DNA of 64,000 nt from Sphyrna mokarran (GCA_024679065.1 JAGIQG010000006.1:83638001-83702000), one strand, 5' to 3'. Positions 24,933 through 38,381 are shown, counted from the stretch's first letter. Program-made: numbers and translations. The notes: generated by a model from the sequence alone, not told the origin.

Positions 24933-25945
24933 CTGTAATGCACATCAACATAAGGATATAATTTACAATAACATCACACCCTATCCAACACTGCTACAGA
25001 TGTTGACACAGCGCTCAACTCATCTGTTCCTAAAAAATCCCTAAAGGAAACTAAAACTCTGAAAACACACGACACAGCGATCAGAGGAAAGTGATAAATC
25101 ATCGAACAAATGTCAGGACTTTGTGACAGCTGTTTCTGCTGAAATCTGCATTCATTTATATCCACAGGTGAATTACGTTGTCTACATTCCTAAACTGAGT
25201 TGACACTAAATCATACAGCTTAACTACTCGAGATGAAACTTCAGTCGGTTCTAGCCATAGGTATCTTGTCTTAATTTATCTTTCCCTATAAAATTTGACA
25301 TGCCAATTTATTGCATCCTCAGAAACTGCAGATCTCTGTGCTTTGGTCAGCAGAACATTATATGGTGCCAAACACTTTCTTTTCTTGTTCCTCTCCAGAA
25401 GTTGCAAACTAATGTTGGGATTGTGGCCACTGACAATATAATACCACCATTTTATTTCCAATACTGTTATGTATTTTGGGAAATGGGGCCATTTGTTAGG
25501 GAGTTTCCACGTTAAAGTTTAACAATCAGACTAATTCCTGTTCAAATAGAGTTATCCAAACTGTGAAAAGAGAATGCAAGTAACTGATCGTAATCCACAC
25601 ATATTTGCATCAACTCACGAAGAAGCTTTAAAGCATTAGTTTTCACACATAAATTCTTTGCAAGCAGCTGGATTTTGTACCTTTAGCATGTATGTAAACT
25701 GCAATTTTGTTGAAATTGTATATTTGGAAGAATTTGGAAACTAACAGTATATATTAAATTGAGTAAGCAATTATGAATAAGCGCTGAATGCCACTGGGAA
25801 TACAAAGTTTGCTGAACATGGACAAGTCATTCAAACAGAGCTTTGGATTATCATACTACCGTATAGAGATGACTCACGAATCTTTGCAGATCTGCAAACA
25901 GACATTTGTAAAGAATCACTTGCAGGAACAACGCGCAGTTATTTA

Positions 25946-26176
25946 CCAGTGTTGGATTGTTCACCCACTAATAGGGAGTTGGCTTAGATCGTCATAAGAC
26001 AGATTAGTTTTACCCTATTGACGATTACAAAGTGTTGCTGTAATAGTAATCCTGCTCAGTACGAGGGGAACTGCAGATTCAGACATTTGGTCTATGTGCT
26101 TGGCTGAGGAGCCAATGGTGCAAAGCTATCATCTGTGGGATTATGACTAAATGTCTCAAAGTCAGATTCCTGCCTA
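25946..26176 (+). pseudogene. 28S (LSU) rRNA 3'-region fragment including the sarcin-ricin loop region; dispersed, decayed copy
   Basis: gttggattgttcacccactaataggga...ttagttttaccct...taatcctgctcagtacgaggggaac...gcttggctgaggagccaatgg...tctgtgggattatgact follows conserved eukaryotic 28S sequence, with many CpG>TpG/CpA changes and a small deletion. Confidence 0.93.
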
Positions 26177-26616
26177 AAACAACTAGATTTGGAAGATGTA
26201 TAACCATTCAATGTAACTGCCATTGATTTCTTTCTTACAATGTGTTTCTGAATATCTTAATATCTGGGTAGAAGGTAAATTCTACTGGCCTTTGGAAGTC
26301 AACTCTATATTAAGATGGCCCAGAACTCAAGTGGAGTGGCAATAACAGTCAGATTGCCACTGTATTCCTCTTGATTTACTGAAGTCAGGAACTGTATGTT
26401 TCTTGGCCAGTGTTTCATCCCAAGCCTGGTGAGAGAAGTGCAATGCAGCAGCTCTGCAGTCCTTTCAATGAAAAACAGCAGGGTCAAGGGAAGTGAAGTC
26501 ATGCATCCTTTTAATGACATTAGGGAAAACTGAAAGGTCCCAACCACTGTGAAAAGCCAGGGAGAAGTTAAGTGATTCAGGTATGAGGAGTTAGGGTGGA
26601 CCGGAATGACTGCTTT

Positions 26617-27852
26617 TCTTTTATTCATTCATGGAATGTGGGCCTTGCTAATTGCCCTTGAACTGAATGGCTTGCCAGGCCATTGCAGAGGACATTTAAG
26701 AGTCATCTTTTTGCTGTGGGTCGGGAATCACATGTACATCAGTGTGGAAAGGGATTCCTAACCAGCTAACAAGATTTTTGGGCAGAATGCAGTTTTTCAG
26801 AGGACAAGAAATCAGTAAGGAATTAAATACTTCCTAAATCAGCTAACACAAACACACATATACGAATGCAGTAAGACAATCAAAACAGTAGTTATGATTT
26901 CAAAACATGTATGCTGATATCTTAACATATCTTCATGCATTTCAAATGCATTGTTCACTTTGGTCAAGCTAGGCTACCGAAAGGCATTGTGGTAAACGTC
27001 ATTTGTTTAAAGCCAGAGGTTAGGGATGTTATTCAGCAGCAATCTTAGTAGTGGGATTCAGTAAGGGAACAGATGATGCAACTTTAACGAATAGATACAT
27101 TCATTGCCTAGACACAAGTGTAGATATACCCCTGGACGCAGGGGCACAAGTCTATTCAGTTTGGCAGTGAGCCAGTGGAAACATCCATTTTGACCTGATG
27201 CTGGTGTCTGCTGTTACCAGGCAACGGAGATGAGTTAGTGCCAAGAGGGTAGATTACTTCTGAACAAATAAAATACCATGAAGTACCATATGGTTGGCTG
27301 AGGTACTTGGCAGATATTTGTATCGGTGCATCACTGTTAAATTGATTTTAAGCCAATGGAAGTCGGAATTCTTGATTAGAAAAATTTATAATTGATCTGT
27401 TTTTGACTTTGCATTTCAGATGTTTCAGAGAGATTCTATTGCTCTGTTCCAGAGCTATTTAATCCTTCGTCAGACTCCAGTAGGCTATATGTTTATATTG
27501 TCTTGTTCTATGTCTTATGTTTAATAAATTTTGTTATGTCTTTGCAGAGATATGCGAGTTTTGAATCGTCTTAGTTTAAGACACAGTTGGCCACTTTGTA
27601 AAATTTCCCAACAGCCAGACCAGGTCAGGATGCAGATTTCCTTCCCTAAAGGACATTAGTGAACCAGACACATTTTAAGGACAATCAACAGTGGTTCCAG
27701 CATCATCTTTAATTTTTAAATTCCAGCTTTTTTCATTTTGAATTCAAATTTCACCATCTGCCACTGTGGGAATCACACCCAGGTCGCCGGAGAATTACAC
27801 TTGGTCTCCGAGATAATCAGTTCAGTGACAACACAATTACTCCATCACCTTC
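26617..27852 (-). mobile_element. tRNA-derived SINE family B, split by an 871-bp insertion
   Basis: 26617-26742 and 27614-27852 are collinear with the intact copy at 36758-37115. Confidence 0.8.
26743..27613 (+). mobile_element. Probable solo LTR
   Basis: Starts TGTGGAAAG, ends TTTCCCAACA (TG...CA with a short terminal inverted repeat); TATA-like gctatttaa near 27453 and AATAAA near 27523; degenerate TSD atcag/gccag. Confidence 0.6.
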
Positions 27853-27859
27853 CCAACCG

Positions 27860-28560
27860 CCTCCCTCTGTCAGGAGGGAGGCCATGAACGATAGGAAAGT
27901 GGGGGGTAGGAGTTGGTGATCAGGCAGGTAGTCGATTGGGTGGGGATTAGCAGTATGGGTGGTTCTGGGTGGTTGGGGCAGTGTCGGGGTGGGTAATTGG
28001 AAAGTCAGGAGTGGGTACATGAAGTGTGGAGGCGTAGTCAAAGGGTAGGGATAGTAGTTAGGGTGGTGGGTGGGGGGGGGGGGGGGGGGGGGGGAGAAAG
28101 GTGGGGCTGAGGGCAACCAGTTCAGTGCTCGGGAAGGTAATCAAGGAATAGAGGCAATGGGATTTTGGATGGCAGTCAGGATGTTACAGGTACAGTCAGA
28201 GGGTCAGCTGAGTTGGCTGATCAGGCAATTAGTAGTCAAGGCTTGGGGCTAGTTAAGGATCTGGGGGGGTTGTGGGGTCACGAGTGATGGTTGGGGAGTT
28301 GTCACTGAGTCCACCAGGGTGGGATTCCAGATGCAAGGTAATGTCCCATCAAAAGTTTAAACTTCCCAAGAAAATCCCTTGCATGGGGATTTCCTGGACG
28401 GGGAGGGGAGGGGAAGAATTTCCCCAGTGCATTTTCTGGGATACTTCTGGATATAACCCCCACTCTGGGGAATGGAAGTTTTTGGCTGATCTGTTTGGTG
28501 AGCAATATGAGGGGGATTGGAACTGATCTGAAAATGGAGACCTCAAATGTACTGAATTGT
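27860..28560. mobile_element. G-rich unclassified repeat, probably DNA-transposon derived, containing a G23 run; related copy at about 44230-44730
   Basis: Strong G/C strand skew; shares aaacttccc / gggaa(g)aattt(c)ccca motifs with the 44.2-44.7 kb segment. Confidence 0.4.
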
Positions 28561-31500
28561 TGTGATTTAATTTTTTGGTTTCTTCTCAGACAAATGTTTC
28601 AGGTCATTTTAGAGTTTGGTGCAGAAAAACATAAGGATGTAAACAGTAGGAGGAGATCTTCCATCACCTTAATCTTATATCACCTTAAGACTGCTCTGCT
28701 ATCCAGTATAATTATGGCTGATCTTCTGCTTCAACATCACCTTCTTTGATTCCCTATGAGACCAAGGGCAGGATTGCCTTTGGGTCAAGACACTGATAGC
28801 AGGGTGGAGGTGGTGGGAGGGGGGGGGGGGAGTCATAATTCTGCACTATGGGGAAATATTCACCTGGTAATGAGTTTCCTCAAACTGGCCAGTGTCCACA
28901 GGTGGACCCACATCTAATTATGGATGGCAGGTACAGTATTGAAGATGGAGGGCCAATGAGCCAGCAGTTCAGGCACCTCTATTTTGATGTCAACTCTGCA
29001 CATTTTAAAAGTATTAATTTTTTAAAAAAAAAGACCTCAGATGCCAGATCACTCCTTCGTAGGATGGCCTCAAGCTGCAGCTGTAGCCAAGATGATGGGG
29101 AGGGCCTCAAAGTTCTGACAATGGGCCTTACAGGTAAAAGAATATTTGCATAATGCCTGTTTTCAGTGATGCTGCTCAGCCCACCTCAATACCCAGGGGG
29201 CAGACGGTGCCTTCAATGATTTCTTCATTAAAGCAGCGCTACACAAATAAATTTATAGCCCCCAAGTCCACATTCTATGGGGAAGGCTGGTGCCAAACAG
29301 CATCAGTTTCTCAACATATACAGGCTTGACGTGTTTAATAAAGAGAGATATATATTGAATAAATGGCTATTGCATGCAGATTTGGAGGGGAAAGAAAGCT
29401 TCAATGTCATCTTTATTATTCATTGCTTTTAACTATACATTTTGCTTTAAAAGGCTAACATTTTAATGCAACTTTTTTCCAATATTTTCCTGCAACCTAA
29501 ATAATTAAAAGACCCCAAATTTATGTTTATTTGACACCAGACAAATCGTTTTTTGTTCTAAGCATTATAAATATAAAAAGGCTTTAGAGAAGGATAAATC
29601 AGGAAATTTGTTCTATATTACAACTTGCCAAAGGTCCATTAAACATATCAGGCTTTTGCATCAATCTTAATCAATGATTTTTTTCACTGGAATTTGGAGG
29701 ATAACTTTTAGGTATATATGTGCAATTATGGTTTCAACGGGTCAGAACACATAGTACCTAAAACAGCCTCCCTGCACTTCATATTGTACCTAACATACCA
29801 ATAACCTTTGGAAATACCATTTAGGAACAGCTGGATCAACAATTAACTTGGATGCACTGCTTTTATTTGAGCACTTACCAATACCAAATGATCTGCATGA
29901 TGACTGCTGTTTTACAAAAGAATGTTGGAAGGCATAACTCCACTAGTTAGCGATATAAAGCGTGGATCTGGGCATGCAGTGTGCAGAAACGTGCAACAGT
30001 ATACTTAGAACCCTTGGCTTAAGTGACCCAGCTAAGGATTTATTAGGCTCTGTCATAACTTTCATGAGGTTATTGCTATACAGATACCAGTTAATGTCCT
30101 TGCATAAGAGGAAACATTAAATAGTTCTTATTATTCTTCAAAAGAATATCATGGTTGCGAAAGTGCTTTTTTGACGACCAGAGGTTGTCAAAGGTGCTAC
30201 TTAAATGCAAGTTCTTTGTAAATGCTGTGCCATTATTAAACCAGACTATCCTTGTAAAACAACAGGGTCAACCAAACGTCTTGGAGTTTAAATTTGTTAT
30301 ATGTGGTTTTTGGCACAGCTAGCAGAGCTGCAAATCAAAATGATGAGAATTCCAGGGTCATAGCAATTTTATAGTAAGGGAACTATGCCCTGGATTGCTT
30401 GGGACTGAATATCTAGACATAACTTGCACTGGCTTGAGGTGGGGCTTCCTCAGATGATATAAAACCTTAGCTGAATAGGTAGACTGATTACCCAGATGCG
30501 CCTGAACAGAAAGATACTTGTACACAAGTGGGTTACTCTTGTCAACAATGTGAACCGGTCAAACTTTGCACCTTTATTTTGAACTCTTTTTCTAATTCAC
30601 TGAGTTCTTATTTTGGCTATTAGGTACCAATTAATTGATGTCGAAGATCTGTGTGAACCCAAAGGATGAGTCAAATATTAATCTAACACCGTTACTAATT
30701 CTAAGGTGACGAGTTCCTCAAGGAAGTTAAAGGGCTGGACTTGATGCACAGTTGTTGTGCAAAATTGAGTGTACCTTCTGATCTTTCCTTTATGGTGGCC
30801 CCATAGCAATTTAGTGTTTGTTGGGATGTTAATTATCTTGAGGCAAGACCACCTGTTCCACCTTCACCCCCAAACTAGATAGGAATTTGCCCCTCCAGGG
30901 GCTTGTTGGTCATTTACAAGCTGGTAAGTGGGAGGTAGGTAGAGTGGTGATCATTGAAGGTTCAGGCAAGCAGGCCTAGTAGGGGTTGGGCTGGATAGAG
31001 AGGGCAAACACAGTGGTATCAGGAGCTTTGTGGGGAGACTTCATATTCTAATATAGAGCCTCTAGCTCAGGGCATGCAGCCTACTCTGCTGAAGGGAGAA
31101 GTCTTGCTAATCAGTGCATTATTTCTATATCCCATATATTCTGCTGAATGTGCTCTGGACACTATTATGACAGGGCAGGATCAGAGACTGTATTAGGGTT
31201 TACACACGTACGCACGTGCACCCACATAATTTTGAAAATTGTCACAAATCTCCAGTAATTGTCACCAAATATAGAAACGGTTATTAGAGTGTTTGTGGCA
31301 TTAGTATTTGTCTTTGGCTTCCATAATAATTACAATATATCAATGAGGTCAGCATGGATCACTTAGCTGCTTGAATTGACAACTTTCAAAGTAGTATTTC
31401 CATTGAAATTGGCAGTGCACTGCAGACTTTTGGTAAAAGGACCTAGCAGACATGCTGCTATTTATTACTGTGATTAGATATCAGACAGGCAGGGAGAATG

Positions 31501-31980
31501 AGTACAATGTCAACTCTCCCCACCATGCCCAACAGCATTAATTTAATGCTTGGGCTACCTTAGCTCCTCAGTCTCATGTAAATGCTGCCTTAAAAGGTGC
31601 CTCACCAAAACACTGGCAGGCCAAGATTAGGGCAAACAGAGACAGCTATCAGGTTAGTTGCTAAGGCTTGGGGAATGGCTCTGTAGAGTGTTCGTGTTGG
31701 GAAGTGGGGATAGTTAGCAGGAGAAAGGCCAGGCTTTCTTTTAAGACATATCAACTCTCTCAATGATAGGTTTATATGTGCGTACTGGAGCATCCATTTC
31801 TTCCCCTTCATGCTTTAACCAAGCGATGGGATAGAGATAGTGCTGCTCCACTCTGTCAGCTGGATTGTTACAGGGAAAGATACAATTTAAAAATATTTTG
31901 TGCATGAGCAATGGTACAGAAGAGTAATTAGCATTTGAGAAAAGTTGTATTATTTGAAGAAGACTAAGAAAGTTTTATAC

Positions 31981-32185
31981 CTCTGACCATATTCCAGCTT
32001 CCCACACTGTCAGACAGTCCTGACCTTCACAGCGTTGTAGTGAGGCAGGCTTTGGCCCAGGACAGTCTCTTTCTCGAGCTCTAATGAATGTGCCATTTTG
32101 GAGCTGCTGGGTGCAGGCTACTTGTCTACCTTGACTTCCTTTACCACAAGTCCGTGAACATGGTGTCCATTCTGTCATCATCCAC
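31981..32185 (-). CDS. adamts19: ADAMTS19 coding exon (about exon 20), TSP1 repeat: WMMTEWTPCSRTCGKGSQGRQVACTQQLQNGTFIRARERDCPGPKPASLQRCEGQDCLTVWEAGIWSE
   Basis: Acceptor ttcttcaacag|G, donor GAG|gtataa; 205 nt, phase 2 to 0. WxxxxWxxCSxxCGxG TSP1 motif; WMMTEWTPCSRTCGKG and RARERDC fit ADAMTS19 rather than its paralogue ADAMTS17. Confidence 0.97.
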
Positions 32186-34214
32186 CTGTTGAAGAAAGCA
32201 TTTTGTACTGTAACTTATAATTGCCTATTGTCGGCAACAAGGCAACTTAGAAAGAACAAATAAATTAAGACAAGAATTAATTCTTCTGAAAATTCAGGAT
32301 CAGCAGGATCCAACTGATATCCACATATCTGCTCTTGTGGTAAAAGATGCGAGTTCCACTAATCAAGGACTTTTATTCACAAGCACATGCTGGGGAGATA
32401 CAATCTGATTCTATAGGGTAGCTTCCTGATACAAAGGCTGCATAACTCTTTCAGTAATCACATTTCATGACCCTGCCGTACATACCTAATGAGCAGAATT
32501 ATACACACTGCTGATGTCTCTATTATCTCACTGGAAGGCTATGCACATCTTGTTCTAACACCACCCAGTCTGTGTTTTTATCATCATAACATTTGTTTCC
32601 CCATCCTGCGAAGGATTTTATGACTTGTGATAGTTTGATTTCTCGCAGTACTATACCCATCATGCTGATGTGTTGGCTATATTTTCCAACATGCTTAGAA
32701 GTTTCTCATACCGTAAGTGTCTACCTTTAAAGCTGTTGATTCTCATCCTAATACCGATCTTAATACTGAGTAATTTCAATTACCTGACTTTACTGTCCAT
32801 TAGCATATAGCACACTATCCTCCATCCTGGTGAAAGCTCACACAATGTGTTGAATTTTATGGCCCCTTCACGGAGGGAGTGGGGCTGAAAATTGCAGCGA
32901 GCTATTCAAAAGTCTATTGACACTGCAGCAGAAAAACCCGCTGGCTAAAAAAGACACCCTACGTTCCTAGCCAGCCCCTTCATAGACGTCTGAGGATACA
33001 GTGCTAGGATGTATGTACTGTATCCTCAGACCTCTATGCACAATGGACCTTTGGTCCCCAGAAGCTCATGATAACTTGTGGCCCTAAATCTTACCAGCAA
33101 ATAATTGACTAAAGAATATCATAGCGAGGTACTAGGAGTGGGCATGTTGGCTGTGTGAAGCAGAACACTCTGTGATAATGCAGTCCGGTGCTCTAATTTT
33201 AGTTTTCTTGTTTTGTGCCTTCAGAAGGTATTTGGAGGTCAGTTTTGGGCAGGTGACAATGTAGGGACTCACACTGCCCTCTTGCATGTTAAACACACTT
33301 CTTCAGCTTGGAAATTTCAGCCACATTTTGGAACAATTATAGTGAGAGTGGTGTGAGGCTGTTCACTTACAAAGAACTTTAGTGGTAGTTTTCTGTTGAA
33401 ATATCAGTAGGGTGAAATTTTCTCAATCATTGTGGCTAATGTTTCCTCTATGCTGTGAGGGAACATAGCCATGCAGTAATCAAGAATGTGCAAACAAACA
33501 ATGTTCCCTTTAAGATGTAGAAACGGACTGTGCTGTGGACAAGCTAATTTTGCACAGTAAACAGAAGTTGGAGGGAATATTGCCTGTTGCCACTTTCAAG
33601 TCATACCTTCTATAACTCCTTGCCACTTATTTACATGATCCTGCCTGTATAACTATGATAATGATTTATGCCCAAAAATATAGGGGCAGCACAAGTTGAA
33701 ACCATCAATTAAAATTTCTGGAGTTCAATTTTCTCTGGAATGAATTTTTAATTTTATCTTGCTGGAACTTAATTTATGGTTGTGATTCTCCTGACAAAAA
33801 TCAAAGTGCTGCCCGCAGTGGGAAAATGGTACAATTTCAACAGACACTGGCAGCAGCAACCAGGTGAGATTCAATCGCTCTTTGGTTCAGGAAATCGTCT
33901 CTACATGAAACACACCAGCAAGCCTAGTTTTATAGAGATTGAGACACCAGATCTCCGAGTTAAGTGACAGGCCCTTCCCCACCCCCCACAGACAATGTTA
34001 GTACTCCAACCCTTCACCATAGAGGAGCAGTCTCCTCTACCCCAGCACTAAATGTTCAGCTCACCACCCCCCTCACCCCCACCAAATAATCCAGTTCAAG
34101 GACCTTAGGCTTCTCAGTTTATGTTGAGGCTTGAAAAAAAATAAAGAGAATGAAATTAAATGTGAAATAAACACTTCAAAACTTTCATCACATCAAAGGG
34201 TGTATCATGCCATC

Positions 34215-34525
34215 CAATGGTTAACATTGCTGCCTCACAACGCCATGAATCCAGGTTCAGTTCCAGCCTTGGGGACTGTCTGTGTGGAGTTGCACATTTT
34301 CCCCACGTCTGTGTGCGTTGCCACTGGGTGTTCCAGTTTCATCCCACATCCAAAGATGTGCGGGTTAGGTTGATTGGCCATGCTAAATTGCCCCTTAGTG
34401 TCAGGGAGATAAGAAGGGTAAATACATCCAGTTACAAGGATAAAGTCTGAGTGGGATTGTTGAAAGTGCAGGCTCAATGGGTTGAATGGCCTCTTTTGCC
34501 ACTGTAGAGATTCTATGATGATTCT
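34215..34525 (+). mobile_element. HE1-type SINE
   Basis: tggttaacattgctgcctcacaacgcc...ttggccatgctaaattgccccttagtgtc...actgtagagattctatgatgattct. Confidence 0.88.
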
Positions 34526-36509
34526 GATTCATCTGACAGACCTTTGAACTTGACATACTAGGGGACACATCAAAGGACTTCAAGGCTACAGATGGAAGAC
34601 TTTTAACTACAACTTGACATGCTAAAAGAGAATTTAGTCATTTTAATAGCTAAAGAGGGATGACGTGCCACACGAATCCCATCCTTGGAAAAAAACCACT
34701 GACCTGAACCCCACCCACCCCGCAACCCTCACTTGCCACGAAGCCACCCTTAAGCACTCTGGGGGTGAGTCTTGAGCAGGTAATCACCTCCTTGCACCCC
34801 CTCAGTGACCATGGTGCCTGATTCCTGTTTTTCAAGACCTGTACTTGCATGACTTCCCATCGGGGTGGGTGGGGGGAGGCAGGGGGGCAATCCTGGGAGG
34901 CCGTTGAATCGGGCTTCCAGCCTGACAATTTGAGTCAAATGCATTTCAGTTAGTAATCATCAGGTTCTTGCCCACTCTGGGTGAGACCTGATTGAGTCAG
35001 GCACAACAGGGCAGGCAACTCATGAGTTTGACACCCGGCGAGAATCCCAATTTGGCACACATGCTTGATTCAGCACGCCAGTGGGAGTTCCGACTGGGAC
35101 TAATGGCCCTGGAGAACCACCTCTGTATGTATATTAGACTCAGTGTGCCTTAAGGTCTTTGGCTTGTTTGCCATGCATTCAGAAAGGCTAAGTAGCTGAA
35201 ATAGCCTTTCCAAAGGCATACTCTATCATGCTGAAGACAGCAGTCAAAACACGAGGCTCTGAGATTGAAGGCAAAAGATATGACATTCGCTTCTCTCCAA
35301 TTACTGGTGTCCTGACTCAGCTTTCCTTTTTGTCTTTGCCATAGTATTAAACGGAGTGTAAGTTTTCATTGGCCAGTTCACGTAGAAACCGGCATAAACT
35401 TTGACATCAATGGGATTATGGAATTCTGAACCACTGACACACTGTAGTCATGTGTAGATATTGGCAGAATGATCCATCTTGGTTGGCCATTTTTCTTTTT
35501 TGATTATCGTAATATTCTCATTTCCTACTCTATGACATTACACTGGCAGAGTCAGTGCTGAAGGATTTTCCATTCAAAGCCTCTATGGATTCTAAGTCTG
35601 TGAATTCAATCACTTGTTGTGCTGCCAAGGTGTTTACATAACCTACTGCATTACTTTATAAGATAAACTTAATTGAGGAGTAATTTGGCATTAAAGCTAG
35701 AATTCCTAGGGAGCTCCTTTAATCCTCATTGTCCTGTTCATTATCATACATGTGCCATTTTCATTTGGGTGCATCTTCTGGCTGCAACTAATTTTACCAG
35801 AATAAACTGTGTACTTTAAAACTGATGTAACTCCAATTTACCTGATTTATGTCCCAAATCTGGACCCTCACCATAGCATTTTGTCTCATTACATAAAAAT
35901 AATTGAAATTTTAAGCAGAAGAAATGTGATAGGAAGAGGTATTTGATATTCCAAAGATGTATTTGGTAGTCCAAAGGGCTAAGTGCATTGGCTATGCTTA
36001 ATTGCCCCTTAGTGTCCTGTGATGCATAGGTTAGAGGGATTAGCGGGGTAAATATATGGCATTATGGAGATAGAGCTTGAGTGGGATCATTGTCCATGAA
36101 GGTTCGATGGGCCGAATGGCCTCTTTCTGTATTGCAGAATCTATTCTACAATAACATCCAATAATCCAACATGGTTGGATTGTGTTCTAAGGACGCATAC
36201 TTAAAATTCAAAGCTGTGTTAGTTTTCTAAGGATTTGAGATCTTCGATAAAATCAAGGTTCTTTCTGTATTTCACACCCTATAGAAAATAGCAATGTTAT
36301 AGTGAGTAAGAAAGGTACTCAACATATGGTCCATGTCAATTCAGGATGCTTGAGTTCAGATTCTTGCATACAGGTTCGATTTATTATTGTCACATGTATT
36401 GGGATACAGTAAAAAGTAGTGTTTCTTGTTCATTATACAAACAAAGTATACCATTTATAGAGTATACAGGGGATAAGGAGAGTGTGCAGAATATAGATTT
36501 TTTATTAGA

Positions 36510-36750
36510 TCATATGACATAAGATATAGGAACATAATTAGGCCATTTGGTCGATTGAGTCTGCTCCACCATTCAATCACAGCTGATACAATTCTCATCC
36601 CTATTCTCCTGCCTTCTCCCCATAACCCTTGATCCCTTATTGATTAAGAACCTACCTCCATTGTAAAGTCACTCAATGACCTGGCCGCAATAGCTCTCAG
36701 TTTGCACAGATTCATCATCCTCTGGCTAAAGAAATCCTCCTCATCTCAAA
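36510..36750 (-). mobile_element. CR1 LINE 3' UTR fragment
   Basis: cataagatataggaacataattaggccattt...tctgctccaccattcaatcacagctgat. Confidence 0.7.
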
Positions 36751-36757
36751 TTTCTCC

Positions 36758-37115
36758 TTATTCATTTGTAGGGCATGGGTGTCGCTGGTTGGCCAGCATT
36801 TATTGCCTATCCCAAGTTACCCTAGAACTACGTAGTTTATTGGGCCATTTCAGAGGGCATTTGAGAGTCAACTACATTGCTGTGGCTCTGAAGTCACATT
36901 AGGCCAGATCAGGTAAGGACGGAAGATTTCTTTCCCTAAGTGAAGCCAGATGGGTTTTTCCAAAAGTCAACAACGGTTTCATCTTAATTCAAGATTTTTT
37001 TTTGTTGAATTCAAATTCCACCATTTGCCATGGTAGGATTCGAACCCTGATCCCCAGAACATTAGCTTAGTTTTCTGATTAATAGTCTCGTGATAATACC
37101 ACTAGCTCATCATCT
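36758..37115 (-). mobile_element. tRNA-derived SINE family B, full length
   Basis: Reverse complement: A-box agctagtggtatt, B-box gggttcgaatcc, and 3' tail aataaatgctggccaaccagcgacacccatg shared with the LINE at 40228. Confidence 0.85.
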
Positions 37116-38381
37116 TCACTTAATGTAAGGTAGATCCATTCAAAAGTACAGATTTGGCAGTGCGCCTCATTTGGACAGTAATGGTGAGCTGCAGGGTGTC
37201 ACAATGTGACTGGGGCTGGGATCTGACTGTTTCCAGTGCTGACCTGGCTCTCCTGGATGCAGGCTGAGACAAAGCAAAGAGATATGAGCCTTGTCTGGCA
37301 GCAACTTGCAGTACTTTTGTGGAGCCAGCATTTTTCAAGTATTAAAAAAAAGGACAGCCAGAAATAAAGTTAACAACTTTCTCTTGCAGCTTGTAGAAAA
37401 ATGTTCTCTGGTGTCTCTTGATCATTGACATCAGAAATGGTGAGTGCATCTTGTGGCTCTTACCCACAATCCAAACTGTAGCATTTTGTATATTAGAAGA
37501 AATGAACAAGTAAACTAGCCATTTAGTACATAATCAAGTCTGTGGTTAAACGAGAAGCAAGATCTGTGAAACTATGGGATAAAGTGCCATCAGAAACCAA
37601 GTTAAGTGGAAATTATTTAGGGATACTTTACTTTCATCAGCGTACTTTGCTATGAACCTGCTACTTCAGCTCTTTTGTTTGCTTTCTAACCAGTGATATA
37701 TATTTTGGGTAAGACAATAAAAATCCCAAAGAAATTTCTAACAGCTAGTTCGAGTCGAGTACACAGCAGTATGAACTTAATGCATCCTTTCTCATTTGGA
37801 CAATTTTGGGCTGATTCAAAACACCAATCCCACCCTAACTGAACAAAGCAGGAAGTATATCTTAATGTACAGACATTAAAAACAATTGGTAGTTAACTGG
37901 AGGCCATTCGTGAAACCAGCAGTCTTGACGCATCAGTTGTTAGGTGAAAACTGCTACACATCAAAAACACGAAGCACAGAGCGCTGACAACTGTCCAGGC
38001 ACAAGAACTAACCATAAACAGGGCAGAGAGTGACCTGAAAGCTGCATTCTAAACCCAGATTTAGGCTAACAACTACTCTGTTGTAGCCTTTGATATTAGC
38101 TATTTGATTGCTGATGAGGTCAATGGTTTGTAATCACGCCAAGATATTCTGTATGCATCATCAAATTGAAGGGGCATCCAAGACACAGAATTCACCAATA
38201 TTTATTATCGGTGAGACAGAGCCAGCAGAACTGTACATGATAAATGATACCAATCAGGAATAAAGTACTTAAAGGTTTTTAAACATTTGACATCATAATA
38301 ACAAATTGAAAATAATTATTTCATGAGTTTAACAAGGTCTGCGAATATTTGCTCTACTAGAGCATGGAGTGCTCCATATGT

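Noticed and set aside
25946-26176. Functional rRNA gene
   Set aside because: Short isolated fragment with CpG decay and an altered sarcin-ricin loop (agtacgaggggaac); treated as a pseudogene.
31981-32185. Assignment to ADAMTS17
   Set aside because: The residues WMMTEWTPCSRTCGKG and RARERDC, and the neighbouring TKIMSK exon, fit ADAMTS19 better.
36990-37115. tRNA-like A-box and B-box sequences (also at 55144-55242 and in HE1 heads)
   Set aside because: These are SINE heads; no complete cloverleaf can be built.
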